Source: Polaromonas sp.
GTDB taxonomy: Bacteria; Pseudomonadota; Gammaproteobacteria; Burkholderiales; Burkholderiaceae_C
Assembly: GCF_010365105.1 (NCBI RefSeq)
Contig: NZ_JAAFGZ010000008.1
Coordinates: forward strand, 15,656 to 79,655
Direction: 5' to 3'
DNA: 64,000 nt
In this document: one piece after another, positions 54,058 to 63,222 of the stretch
Layout of the letters: each line of letters begins with the position of its first letter
Numbering within the stretch: position 1 is the stretch's first letter
Notes under the pieces: generated by a model
What the model was told of the DNA's origin: nothing
Databases searched by the model: none
The model's input: the letters and a program-made list of their open reading frames with translations, nothing else
Translations under genes and position numbers: made by a program

Positions 54058-56694
54058 ATGTTTTTGCCTCCATCCCGCTTTCTGGCGGCACTGTGGGTCG
54101 CGCTCGTTCTTGCGCTGACAGCCATTTCTCCACACGCACAGGCTGCGGGATCAGGCACCTACGAAGCCGAACTCCCGGCCGACCTGGCCACCGCCAGGGA
54201 CATGTGCGCGCTGCTGCCGTGCAAGGACGTTTTCCCGGGCGCAACCCATTTTTCAGAACGCAAGGGCCAGCCGCCTTACGTTGAAGCCTACGACAAGGCC
54301 GGCGACGGCCGCCAGTTGCTGGGCTACGTGATGCTCTCGACCGACATCACCGACACACCCGCCTACTCGGGCAAGCCCGTGGTGACGCTGATCGGCATGG
54401 ACAAGACGGGACATTTTGTCGGCGTGAAGGTGCTCAAGCACTCCGAGCCCATCTTGCTGCTGGGCATTCCCGAGTCCGCGCTGCTCAAATTCAACGACCA
54501 GTACCTCGGCAAGTCCATTGCCGACAAGATCGAGATCGGCCAGTCGCGGCCAGACGAGGGCGTGATCGGCCTGGACGCCATCTCTGGCGCCACCGTCACC
54601 GTCATCGCACAAAACCAGGTCATGATGACTTCGGGCACCAGCGTGGCCCGCCAGGTCGGCATTCTGGCGCCCACGATGCGCGAGCCAGCGCGCTACAAGG
54701 TGACGGGCAATGCGCTCACCTGGGACGAACTGGTGGGGCGCGGCGCGGTGCAGCACCTGCTGGTGATGCCCGAGCAGCTCGGCCAGGAGCGCAGCGCCGA
54801 CCCTTTCATCGAACTGTGGTTTGGCGACCTGAGCCATCCCGACATTGGCAAAAGTGTGCTTGGCGCCACCGGCTGGGCAAGCCTCCAGCAGCAACTCAAG
54901 GACGGCGAGCACGCCATTTTCGTGATCCGCACACGCGGGCGCGAATCGTTCAAGGGTTCTGGCTTTGTGCGCGGTGGCCTGTATGACCGGGTGCAGGTCA
55001 AACAGGGCGCCGACTCGTTCACCTTCCGCGACCTCGACTACCTGAACCTTTATGGCGTGGAAGCTGCGGGTGCGCCCCGTTTCAACGAATCGGCGATCTT
55101 CATCATCCGCTCCAAGGCATTTTCCGACGCCTACCCCTGGAAGCTGAGCCTGCTGGGCAACGGCATTGACCGCACCACCGGCGCCAAGAGTTTTACCAGC
55201 TTTGACACGCCCTATTGGCTGCCTGCCTCCATGCTCGAAGGCGGCCGACCCAAGGTGGTTGAGCCCGATGCCCCCTGGGTGCGCATCTGGAAGTCACGCG
55301 CGGTCGAAATTGTGTTGTTTGCCATCTTGCTGGTGATCGTCACGGTGGTCTATGCCTACCGCGAAAAGCTCACGCGCCTGTCCACGCACAAGAACAAGTG
55401 GCCGGTCAACGCCTTCAAGTACACCGCGTGGGCGCTGTCGATCAGCTTCGTCGGCTTTGGCGCCATGGCGCAGCCGTCCATCACGCAGGTGCTGACCTGG
55501 TTTCATGCACTCTTGTTCCAGTGGACCTGGTCGCTGTTTTTGTCCGACCCGTTCATCTTCCTGTTCTGGGTCTTCATCATCATCACCGTGTTCCTGTTCG
55601 GGCGCGGGCTGTTTTGCGGCTGGATGTGTCCGTTTGGCTCGCTGTCTGAGGCCATCTACAAGGTGGCGCGCAAGATTGGTTTCAAGCGCTTTCAGACGCA
55701 GGTGCCACAGCGTTGGCACGACCGGCTGAAATGGCTCAAGTACATCGTCTTCTTTGGCCTGATCACGGTGTCGATGTTCTCCATGGGCCTGGCCGAGAAG
55801 CTCTCCGAGGTCGAGCCCTTCAAGACCACCTTCCTGGTCGGCATTCAAAACCGCGCCTGGCCCTACGGCCTGTTCGTGGCCGCCATCCTTGGTCTGTCGA
55901 TCTTCATCGAGCGGCCCTACTGCAAGTACATCTGCCCGCTGGGGGCGTCGCTGGCCATGCCCAGCACCTTCCGGTGGTTTGGCCTCAAGCGCAAGCAGGA
56001 CTGCAACAGCTGCAAGGCCTGTGCCGTGGGCTGCGGTGCGCAGGCGATCGACGCCGATGGCCGCATCGACCACCGCGAGTGCCTGCACTGCCTGGACTGC
56101 ATGATTCTGTACACCGACACCAAGGGCTGCCCGCCGCTGGCCAAGGAACGCAAGCGCCGCGAAAAGGACGGCCTGGAAATGACGCCGATTGGCAAGAACG
56201 GCTATTTCATCCCGATCTACCCCGCCACCAGCTTCACCGGGCAGATCAGCGCCAAGGCGGTCAACGGCCCCGACCCGCGCATGCCCACACCGCCGGTGTT
56301 GCCGGCGCACAAGAACGGTGCGCGTGGCCTGCAGTGGCTGTGGCTGGAAGTGCGCGACCACCTGTGGCCCTGGAGCAAGGACGGCTGGCGCTCGCAGCGC
56401 GCGCTGCAGATTGCCGGTATCTCGCTGGCTATCGCGGCCAGCGTGGCCTGGGTGATGACCGCCATGGGCACCCTGTCTTCTGGCGCCATCATTGGCTGGT
56501 GGTTTGGCTGGAGCGTCTATGAGGTGCTGATCCGCCTGTCAGGCAAGCGCTACGTCAAGGACGGCCTGTGGTGGCGCGACCACTACCGTGTGGCTGGTGT
56601 GATGGACATGGTGAGCTATGTGGGCTTCAAGAACCTGATGATTGGCGCGGCACTGTTCCTGGTGTTCAAGTCGCTCGGTTGGCTGGTTTTATGA
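54058..56694 (+). CDS. nosR: NosR (FMN-binding, polytopic, 2x[4Fe-4S]) with C-terminal membrane extension
   Basis: Periplasmic FMN-binding region (ISGATVT), CGWMCPFGSL / CKYICPLGA motifs, and ferredoxin CNSCKACAVGC...CLHCLDC. About 170 further residues contain 3-4 hydrophobic helices. Confidence 0.9.
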   Translation: MFLPPSRFLAALWVALVLALTAISPHAQAAGSGTYEAELPADLATARDMCALLPCKDVFPGATHFSERKGQPPYVEAYDKAGDGRQLLGYVMLSTDITDTPAYSGKPVVTLIGMDKTGHFVGVKVLKHSEPILLLGIPESALLKFNDQYLGKSIADKIEIGQSRPDEGVIGLDAISGATVTVIAQNQVMMTSGTSVARQVGILAPTMREPARYKVTGNALTWDELVGRGAVQHLLVMPEQLGQERSADPFIELWFGDLSHPDIGKSVLGATGWASLQQQLKDGEHAIFVIRTRGRESFKGSGFVRGGLYDRVQVKQGADSFTFRDLDYLNLYGVEAAGAPRFNESAIFIIRSKAFSDAYPWKLSLLGNGIDRTTGAKSFTSFDTPYWLPASMLEGGRPKVVEPDAPWVRIWKSRAVEIVLFAILLVIVTVVYAYREKLTRLSTHKNKWPVNAFKYTAWALSISFVGFGAMAQPSITQVLTWFHALLFQWTWSLFLSDPFIFLFWVFIIITVFLFGRGLFCGWMCPFGSLSEAIYKVARKIGFKRFQTQVPQRWHDRLKWLKYIVFFGLITVSMFSMGLAEKLSEVEPFKTTFLVGIQNRAWPYGLFVAAILGLSIFIERPYCKYICPLGASLAMPSTFRWFGLKRKQDCNSCKACAVGCGAQAIDADGRIDHRECLHCLDCMILYTDTKGCPPLAKERKRREKDGLEMTPIGKNGYFIPIYPATSFTGQISAKAVNGPDPRMPTPPVLPAHKNGARGLQWLWLEVRDHLWPWSKDGWRSQRALQIAGISLAIAASVAWVMTAMGTLSSGAIIGWWFGWSVYEVLIRLSGKRYVKDGLWWRDHYRVAGVMDMVSYVGFKNLMIGAALFLVFKSLGWLVL

Positions 56695-57965
56695 AGTCTG
56701 CGTTACTGCGGCTGGCCTGTGCCGCGCTGCTGGCCCTGGCGGGTCTGCCCATGCTGCATGCCGCCACGGTGGCGGTGCGGCCAGGGCAAGACCTGCAGGC
56801 CGCCATTGCTTCTGCTGCGCCAGACGATGTGATCGAGGTGCAGCGCGGCCACTACCGCGCCAATCTGCGGATCGACAAGCCGCTGACGCTGCGCGGCATC
56901 GACCGCCCGACCATCAGTGGCGGCAACCTGGGCGACACCATCCGCGTCACCGCGACCGATGTCACGATCGAAGGCCTGATCGTTCGCGACTCGGGCAGCA
57001 GCCTGCAGGACCAGAACGCCGGCATCTACCTCTATCCCGGCTCCGACCGTGCCGTCGTGCAGCACTGCGACCTGACCTACAACCTGTTCGGCCTGTGGGT
57101 CGAAAAGGTGAACGATGTGCGCATCGAGGGCAACACCATTACCGGCAAGCGCGACTTCGACTCGGCGCGGCGCGGCAACGGCATCCAGCTCTACAACTCG
57201 CAGCGCGCGCAGATTCTCGACAACAACATCAGTTTCGTGCGCGACGCGATGTATGTGGACGTGTCCCACCACGCGGTGTTCCGGGGCAACAAGCTGCACC
57301 ACAGCCGCTACGGCACGCACTACATGACGTCCTACTACAACCTGTGGGAAGGCAACGACACCTACTACAACCGCGGCGGTCTGGCGCTGATGGAAGTGCG
57401 CGAGCAGACGGTGCGCGGCAACCGCGCCTGGGGCAACGCCGACCACGGCATCATGCTGCGCTCGGTGCAGGACTCGGTGGTCGAGGACAACGTCGTGGCT
57501 GGCAACCAGCGCGGCTTTTTCATCTACGACGTCGAGTACGTCACCCTGCGGCGCAACCTGGTGGTGGACAACTTCGTCGGCGCGCATCTCTCGGCGGGCG
57601 TGATCCACAATGTCGTGGAAGGCAACGAATTCATCGGCAACCGCGAGCAGGTGCGCTATGTGGGCACCAAGGACGTAGCCTGGGGCGGCAAGGTGGGCAA
57701 CTACTGGAGCAACTACATCGGCTGGGACCGCGACGGCAACGGCATTGGCGACGTGCCCTATGAGGCCAATGACATGGTCGATCGCCTGACCTGGCGCTAC
57801 CCCGCCATGAAGCTGCTGATGGCCAGCCCGGCAGTGCAGGCGCTGCGCCTGGTCGGCCAGCAGTTTCCCGTGTTGCGCGTACCCTCGGTCGTCGACGCAC
57901 ACCCCCACATGCACCCTGAACATACGAACTGGAGCTCCTGGCGTGGCAAGTACTTCCCCGGTTGA
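56691..57965 (+). CDS. nosD: NosD (periplasmic beta-helix copper-binding accessory protein)
   Basis: ATG at 56691 overlaps the nosR stop codon (ATGA). Signal peptide and parallel beta-helix repeats (NxIxGN). Confidence 0.9.
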   Translation: MKSALLRLACAALLALAGLPMLHAATVAVRPGQDLQAAIASAAPDDVIEVQRGHYRANLRIDKPLTLRGIDRPTISGGNLGDTIRVTATDVTIEGLIVRDSGSSLQDQNAGIYLYPGSDRAVVQHCDLTYNLFGLWVEKVNDVRIEGNTITGKRDFDSARRGNGIQLYNSQRAQILDNNISFVRDAMYVDVSHHAVFRGNKLHHSRYGTHYMTSYYNLWEGNDTYYNRGGLALMEVREQTVRGNRAWGNADHGIMLRSVQDSVVEDNVVAGNQRGFFIYDVEYVTLRRNLVVDNFVGAHLSAGVIHNVVEGNEFIGNREQVRYVGTKDVAWGGKVGNYWSNYIGWDRDGNGIGDVPYEANDMVDRLTWRYPAMKLLMASPAVQALRLVGQQFPVLRVPSVVDAHPHMHPEHTNWSSWRGKYFPG

Positions 57966-58875
57966 CGCACAAGCGGCAGTTTCGCTGCGCGGCGTGACCA
58001 AATATTACGGCGCGGTGCATGCGGTCGATGGCGTGGACCTCGACATCGCGCGCGGCGAGATTTTCGGCCTCATCGGCCACAACGGCGCGGGCAAAAGCAC
58101 GCTGTTCAAGATGATGCTCGGGCTGGAGGCCGCCACCACGGGCAACATCGTGCTCGGCGGCGCGCCGGTGCTCGGCCGGGGCTTTCGCGCTGCACGCCGG
58201 CACATCGGTTACCTGCCTGAAAACGTCGTGCTCTACGACAACCTGAGCGGGCTGGAAACCCTGCGCTTTTTCGCCCGCCTCAAGCATGCGCCGCTGGAGC
58301 AATGCGCCGGGCTGCTCGAACGCGTGGGCCTGGCGCACGCCGGCAAGCGTGCGGTGCGCGAGTATTCCAAGGGCATGCGCCAGCGCCTGGGGTTTGCGCA
58401 GGCGCTGCTGGGCACGCCGCAGGTGCTGTTCCTCGACGAGCCCACCAACGGCCTCGACCCGCAGGCCATCCGCGACTTCTACGCCACGCTGCGCACGCTG
58501 CAGACCAGCGGCGTCACCGTCGTGATCACCTCGCACATCCTGGCCGAGTTGCAGGAACGCGTGGACCGGCTCGCCATCATGGCCAATGGCCGCATCCAGG
58601 CGCTGGGCAGCGTGCAGGCGCTGCGCGATCAGGCGCAGATACCGCTGGTATTTGACCTGGCACTCGATCCCGCCTGCATGGACGCGCTGGCGCAGGCGCT
58701 GCACGCGGCGACGGGCAGCACCGCCGAACCCCTGCCGGGCGGCCTGCGCCTGGCCTGCCCGCGCGAGCACAAGATGACGGTGCTGGCCGTGCTGGCCCCC
58801 TTTGGCAACCAGGTGCGCGACCTGGCGCTGCGCGAACCTTCGCTTGAAGACCTGTTCTTCGGCTTTTCCGAATGA
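57943..58875 (+). CDS. nosF: NosF (ABC transporter ATPase)
   Basis: GTG start after GGAG. Walker A GHNGAGKST, signature YSKGMRQRL and Walker B LFLDEP. Confidence 0.9.
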   Translation: MASTSPVDAQAAVSLRGVTKYYGAVHAVDGVDLDIARGEIFGLIGHNGAGKSTLFKMMLGLEAATTGNIVLGGAPVLGRGFRAARRHIGYLPENVVLYDNLSGLETLRFFARLKHAPLEQCAGLLERVGLAHAGKRAVREYSKGMRQRLGFAQALLGTPQVLFLDEPTNGLDPQAIRDFYATLRTLQTSGVTVVITSHILAELQERVDRLAIMANGRIQALGSVQALRDQAQIPLVFDLALDPACMDALAQALHAATGSTAEPLPGGLRLACPREHKMTVLAVLAPFGNQVRDLALREPSLEDLFFGFSE

Positions 58876-58882
58876 GACCGCC

Positions 58883-59695
58883 ATGGAACTGACGCAAATT
58901 TTCACCCTGGCCGCCAAGGAATTCCGCGACCGCATCCGCAACCGCTGGGTTCTGGCAGTGGCGCTGGTGTTCACCGTGTTCTCGCTGGTGATCGCCTATT
59001 TTGGCGGCGCGCAGCAGGGCGCCGTGGGCTTTCGCTCCATTGAAGTGACCATTGCCAGCCTGGTCAGTCTGGTGATTTACCTGATCCCGCTGATCGCCCT
59101 GCTGCTGGGCTTTGACGCCATCGTTGGCGAGCGCGAGCGCGGCTCGCTCGACCTGCTGCTGTCGCTGCCCATCACGCGGCTGGAGCTGCTGCTGGGCAAG
59201 TACCTCGGGCTTGCCGCCGCGCTGACGCTCTCGACCCTGGCCGGCTTCGGCCTGGTCGCCGTGCTGCTGTACCAGCAACTGAGCTGGGCCGGGCTGTACC
59301 ACTACTTTGGCTTCATGGTCAGCTCGGTGCTGCTGGGCCTGGCGTTCCTGAGCCTGGCCGTGCTGCTGTCGGTGGTGGCGCGCGAGCGCACGCGGGCCTC
59401 GGGCATGGCGATTGCGCTGTGGTTTTTCTTCGTGCTGGTGTTCGACCTGCTGCTTTTGGGCGTGCTGGTGGCCACGGGCGGCCGCTTTGGGGGCGACGTT
59501 TTTGCCTGGCTGCTGCTGCTCAATCCGGCGGATGTGTTTCGCATCCTGAATGTGTTCTCGCTCGACGACGTGCGCACGCTCTATGGCCTTTCGACCATCG
59601 TTCCGGCCTCGATGGGCAGCCAGGCGCTGCTGGGAGGTGTCATGCTGGTATGGATTGCGTTGCCCTTGCTGGTCGCGCGCTGGAGATTCAAATGA
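58883..59695 (+). CDS. nosY: NosY (ABC-2 type permease)
   Basis: ATG at 58883. Six hydrophobic helices. Position and sequence are typical of NosY. Confidence 0.9.
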   Translation: MELTQIFTLAAKEFRDRIRNRWVLAVALVFTVFSLVIAYFGGAQQGAVGFRSIEVTIASLVSLVIYLIPLIALLLGFDAIVGERERGSLDLLLSLPITRLELLLGKYLGLAAALTLSTLAGFGLVAVLLYQQLSWAGLYHYFGFMVSSVLLGLAFLSLAVLLSVVARERTRASGMAIALWFFFVLVFDLLLLGVLVATGGRFGGDVFAWLLLLNPADVFRILNVFSLDDVRTLYGLSTIVPASMGSQALLGGVMLVWIALPLLVARWRFK

Positions 59696-60243
59696 CCCAT
59701 GGAAAATTCTTAAACCTGTCGGTGCGCTCACTCGCCCGGACCTTCGTGCTCAGCGCCCTGATGGGCCTGGGATTGTCAGCCTGCGACAAGGCGACCGAGG
59801 CCACCGCCCTGGCGCCGGTCGAGATAGACCGCTCGACGAGTTGCGAGCTCGACGGCATGCTGCTGGCCGACTACCCCGGTCCCAAGGCGCAGGTGCACTA
59901 TGTGGGCCAGGCGCAGCCGAGCTTTTTCTGCGACATGGTGGAGTTGTTCAACACCTTGCTGGCGGGCGAGCAGGTGCGCCACGCCAGCGCCATCTATGTG
60001 CAGGACATGGGCCAGGCCGAATGGGAACACCCTATCGGCCACTGGATTGACGCCAGGACCGCCGTCTATGTACTGGGCAGCAAGCGCCACGGCTCCATGG
60101 GGCCGACGATTGCCAGCTTTGCCCAGGAAACCGACGCCAACAAATTTGCTGTCGAGTACGGCGGCAAGGTGATGCGCTTTGCCGATATCAAGCCCGACAT
60201 GGTCGATCTGAGCGGCGGGGCCTCGCACGACACACGGATGTAA
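59692..60243 (+). CDS. nosL: NosL family copper-chaperone lipoprotein
   Basis: The ATG overlaps the nosY stop codon. Lipobox GLSAC. NosL-like C..DGM...FFCDM pattern. Confidence 0.8.
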   Translation: MTHGKFLNLSVRSLARTFVLSALMGLGLSACDKATEATALAPVEIDRSTSCELDGMLLADYPGPKAQVHYVGQAQPSFFCDMVELFNTLLAGEQVRHASAIYVQDMGQAEWEHPIGHWIDARTAVYVLGSKRHGSMGPTIASFAQETDANKFAVEYGGKVMRFADIKPDMVDLSGGASHDTRM

Positions 60244-60250
60244 GCACACC

Positions 60251-60880
60251 ATGACGCTGTTGTCCCGACACAAGCCGGTGAAGGCGCTTGGGGCACTGGC
60301 GCTGGCCGCCATTGTCCTGGGCGGGGTGCTGGCCGCGTGGAGCGTACCTGTCCTGCACAACGCGCTGTCAGGCACATCACCCGGCATGGCGCCTGACGTC
60401 TGTGTGGTCGCACCTCCCACGCCTTACGATCCGGCGTCGGGGCTGCCGCTTACCGCGCCACGCGTGGTGCCTGCCGATGCGCGCTGCCCGGTCTGCGGCA
60501 TGTACCCGGCGCGTTCGCGGGACTGGGCTGCGCAGGTCATTTTGGGCAATGGCGATGCCCAGTTTTTTGACTCGCCCCTGAGTTTGTTCGTGTACTTGCA
60601 CGATGTGGCGCGCTACAGCCAGGGCCATCACGCGGACGATATCGTTGCCAGCTATGTGAGCGATGCCGACAATGGCCATTGGGTGCCTGCGCGCAATGCC
60701 ACTTATGTACACGGCTCGTCGGCCCGGGGACCGATGCGGACCGGGAATCTGCCGGCATTTGCCGAAGCCGCTGCGGCACAGCGGTTTGTGCGTGCGCACG
60801 GCGGAGAATTGCTCAGCGCCTCCGACGTCACCCCTGAACTGCTGCACGGCCTCAGGGCTACAGCGGCGCACGGGCACTGA
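60251..60880 (+). CDS. second NosL-domain protein
   Basis: N-terminal TM/signal segment. CPVCGMYPARSRDWAAQV...FFDSPLSLF, typical of the NosL fold. Confidence 0.7.
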   Translation: MTLLSRHKPVKALGALALAAIVLGGVLAAWSVPVLHNALSGTSPGMAPDVCVVAPPTPYDPASGLPLTAPRVVPADARCPVCGMYPARSRDWAAQVILGNGDAQFFDSPLSLFVYLHDVARYSQGHHADDIVASYVSDADNGHWVPARNATYVHGSSARGPMRTGNLPAFAEAAAAQRFVRAHGGELLSASDVTPELLHGLRATAAHGH

Positions 60881-60885
60881 AGCCC

Positions 60886-61563
60886 TCAGCTACAGGCCTG
60901 CACTGCCTTGCCCGCGAACTGCGGGGTAAGGGCATCGAGCCGGGTTCGCATCCGGCTGTCCACCGCCGGCAGCCTGAGCCACAGGCTGGGCAGTTCTGGC
61001 CGTTCCAGCACCACTTTTGCGCTGCGCAGGCCGCGCTGGTTCATCTGCGCCAGGGCCTCCTCGGCGTCAGTCCTGGAGGCAAAACTGCCCAGTGACAGTC
61101 CGGGCTTCAGCATCGGGCTGAGGGGCGGCTCGAAAGGCAGTTCCAGCTGCTGGAGCATCTGGCGCTTGCGGTTCATCGCCGCCTTGCTGATGTACTTGCC
61201 CATGTAAATGATCCAGCGGACCGAATCGCCGCTGCTTTCAAACGACCAGCTGCCTTCGGGCAGGCCGGCCTTCAGACGCGGCCGCAGCGTGCGTGCCTGA
61301 CGTTCGGTGAACACACCGACCTGCAGGCAGGACACGCCGGCGGGAAGCGCAGGTGGAGTGCGGACAGCAGCGCTGAGCGCCGGTGGAGACGGGGGCGCAG
61401 CGGGCAGGACCAGCTGCAGCGCTTCGGGCCGGATCTGCTGCGCCAGCCGCTCGGGTTCGGACTGCCGCGCAGGCGCCAGGCCATAGGCCGCAAGCAGGCC
61501 CTGGCCCCAGGCGAAGTACAGCGCATTGGCCAGCAGCAGCGCCAGGGCCAATGCCCTCAGCAT
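60886..61563 (-). CDS. SPOR domain membrane protein
   Basis: N-terminal TM LALALLLANALYFAW and a C-terminal SPOR-like domain. Overlaps the birA stop codon by 7 nt. Confidence 0.65.
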   Translation of the reverse strand: MLRALALALLLANALYFAWGQGLLAAYGLAPARQSEPERLAQQIRPEALQLVLPAAPPSPPALSAAVRTPPALPAGVSCLQVGVFTERQARTLRPRLKAGLPEGSWSFESSGDSVRWIIYMGKYISKAAMNRKRQMLQQLELPFEPPLSPMLKPGLSLGSFASRTDAEEALAQMNQRGLRSAKVVLERPELPSLWLRLPAVDSRMRTRLDALTPQFAGKAVQACS

Positions 61564-62447
61564 GGCGCCGCGCCCCCGGCAAATCCCGGGGCGACAGGCC
61601 GCACGCTGACTTCGGCGCTGGTGACTTCAACCATGCCGCCCGCGGCAAGCACGCGCAGCGCGCCGTTGTCGGCCACTCCGTAGGCCGTGCCCTGCGTGCC
61701 GTCCGTCAGCTGCACGGCGCGGCCAGCCAGCACGTCGCGCGCGGCAAACCGCGCCTGGAAGGGCTCGAAGCCGAACTGCGCGAAGGCCTGCACCGCCTGC
61801 ACCAGCGCCGGCACGATGCGCAGCAGCGCCCCGGGCGCGTCCAGGCCTGCATCGAGCGCCTGCAGGCCGGCGGGCGGCACCGGGGCCGCGCCCGTTGGGG
61901 GAAAATCAGCCAGCGTCACCGGCCGGATGTTGATACCCACGCCGATGACCAGGTAACGCAGGCCTTCCCCGCTGGCCGTCTCGACCAGAATGCCGCCCAG
62001 CTTGCGCTCGCCCTCCGGCGTGGTCAGCCACAGGTCGTTCGGCCATTTCAGGCCGATGCGCGGCCTGGCGGCATGGCGCGCCTGTCCGGCTCCGGGCGGG
62101 TCCAGGCTTTCGGCGACGCTGATGCCGACCGCCAGCGACAGGCCCGACCAGTCCGCCGGCACCAGCGGCAGGCCGAGCGAGAACGTCAGGCTGTCGCCGC
62201 GCCGGCTTTGCCAGCTGCGGCCCAGCCGGCCGCGTCCGGCGCTTTGCTGCTCGGCCACCAGCAGCAGCGGCTCGGGCTGCGGCGGGCGGCCGGGCGCGCC
62301 CTTGAAGCGGCGCATCAGCTCGCTGTTGGTCGAATCGATCTCGGGCAGCACCTCGACCGTGAAGCCGGGCAGCTCGGGCGCCACGGCTTCCCAGATGGCT
62401 TCGGCGGGCCAGCGGATCGGCGGCAGGGAATGCAAGGGCGGGGTCAT
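61557..62447 (-). CDS. birA: biotin--[acetyl-CoA-carboxylase] ligase
   Basis: GRGRLGRSWQS biotin-binding loop and KWPNDL. ATG at 62447 is preferred; the ORF-track start at 62477 is TTG. No N-terminal HTH is evident. Confidence 0.85.
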   Translation of the reverse strand: MTPPLHSLPPIRWPAEAIWEAVAPELPGFTVEVLPEIDSTNSELMRRFKGAPGRPPQPEPLLLVAEQQSAGRGRLGRSWQSRRGDSLTFSLGLPLVPADWSGLSLAVGISVAESLDPPGAGQARHAARPRIGLKWPNDLWLTTPEGERKLGGILVETASGEGLRYLVIGVGINIRPVTLADFPPTGAAPVPPAGLQALDAGLDAPGALLRIVPALVQAVQAFAQFGFEPFQARFAARDVLAGRAVQLTDGTQGTAYGVADNGALRVLAAGGMVEVTSAEVSVRPVAPGFAGGAAPC

Positions 62448-62501
62448 GGGCGGGGAACGGTAAAAGGTAGAGGACAAAAGGTTCTGGCCGGCCGCGCAGG
62501 C

Positions 62502-63026
62502 TCAGCCTTCGGCGCTTTTGCGTGCTTTTTTTCTGGCCTTGGGCGCCAGCAGCGTGCCCCGGCAGTGGGCGGCGCCGCACCAGCAGGGGTAATCGGCCAG
62601 AAGTTTGGGCGTGTAGCGGGCATCGATGACCAGCCCGTAGTCGTAGAACAGTTCCTCGCCTGCCGGGATGTTGCGCAGCGCCTTGATGAACACCCGTCCG
62701 CCGGTGTCGTCGGCCTCGCAGTTCGGCTGGCAGCTGTGGTTGATCCAGCGCGACGAGTTGCCGCCAACCTTGGCGTCAATCACGCGGCCGTCGTCGATGT
62801 GGAAGTAAAACGTGTGGTTCGGCTGTGCCGGGTCGTGCGGATGGCGTCGCAACGCCTCGGGCCAGCTGATGACCTCGCCAAGGTATTCGATCAGCGTCTC
62901 GCCTTCGGCCAGGTCCTGCACGGCAAACACGCCCTTGCCATGAACGCCCGAGCGGCGGGTCTGCAGGCGCCGGCTGCTGCCAGCCGCAGCGGTTGCAGGG
63001 TAAGCAGAGGCCTGTTTTTTGGGCAC
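62502..63026 (-). CDS. SET domain protein (putative lysine methyltransferase)
   Basis: Motifs GVHGKGVFA, RWINHSCQPN, ELFYDY and the post-SET CWCGAAHCRG. GTG start. Confidence 0.85.
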   Translation of the reverse strand: MPKKQASAYPATAAAGSSRRLQTRRSGVHGKGVFAVQDLAEGETLIEYLGEVISWPEALRRHPHDPAQPNHTFYFHIDDGRVIDAKVGGNSSRWINHSCQPNCEADDTGGRVFIKALRNIPAGEELFYDYGLVIDARYTPKLLADYPCWCGAAHCRGTLLAPKARKKARKSAEG

Positions 63027-63222
63027 GGCGGTTTTTTGGTATGGTTAATTCATGTGTGTGCGTGCGCACTGGCGCGCGTACATGCGCGAGGAAGCGGTAT
63101 TGTAGTGACGGACCTTGGCCCGTGGCTGACAGCCGTTTTCTGGCGCCAGAAATTGAAAAAGCCGCTTTGGCGCAATCCGGGGACAGCGTTCCCCGAAGAT
63201 GGAAAAGTCAGAAGAAGTATTT

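Noticed and set aside
56568-56690. Upstream extension of the nosD ORF (ORF-track start at 56568).
   Set aside because: The extension lies inside nosR in another frame. The ATG at 56691 gives a proper signal peptide and the usual ATGA overlap with nosR.
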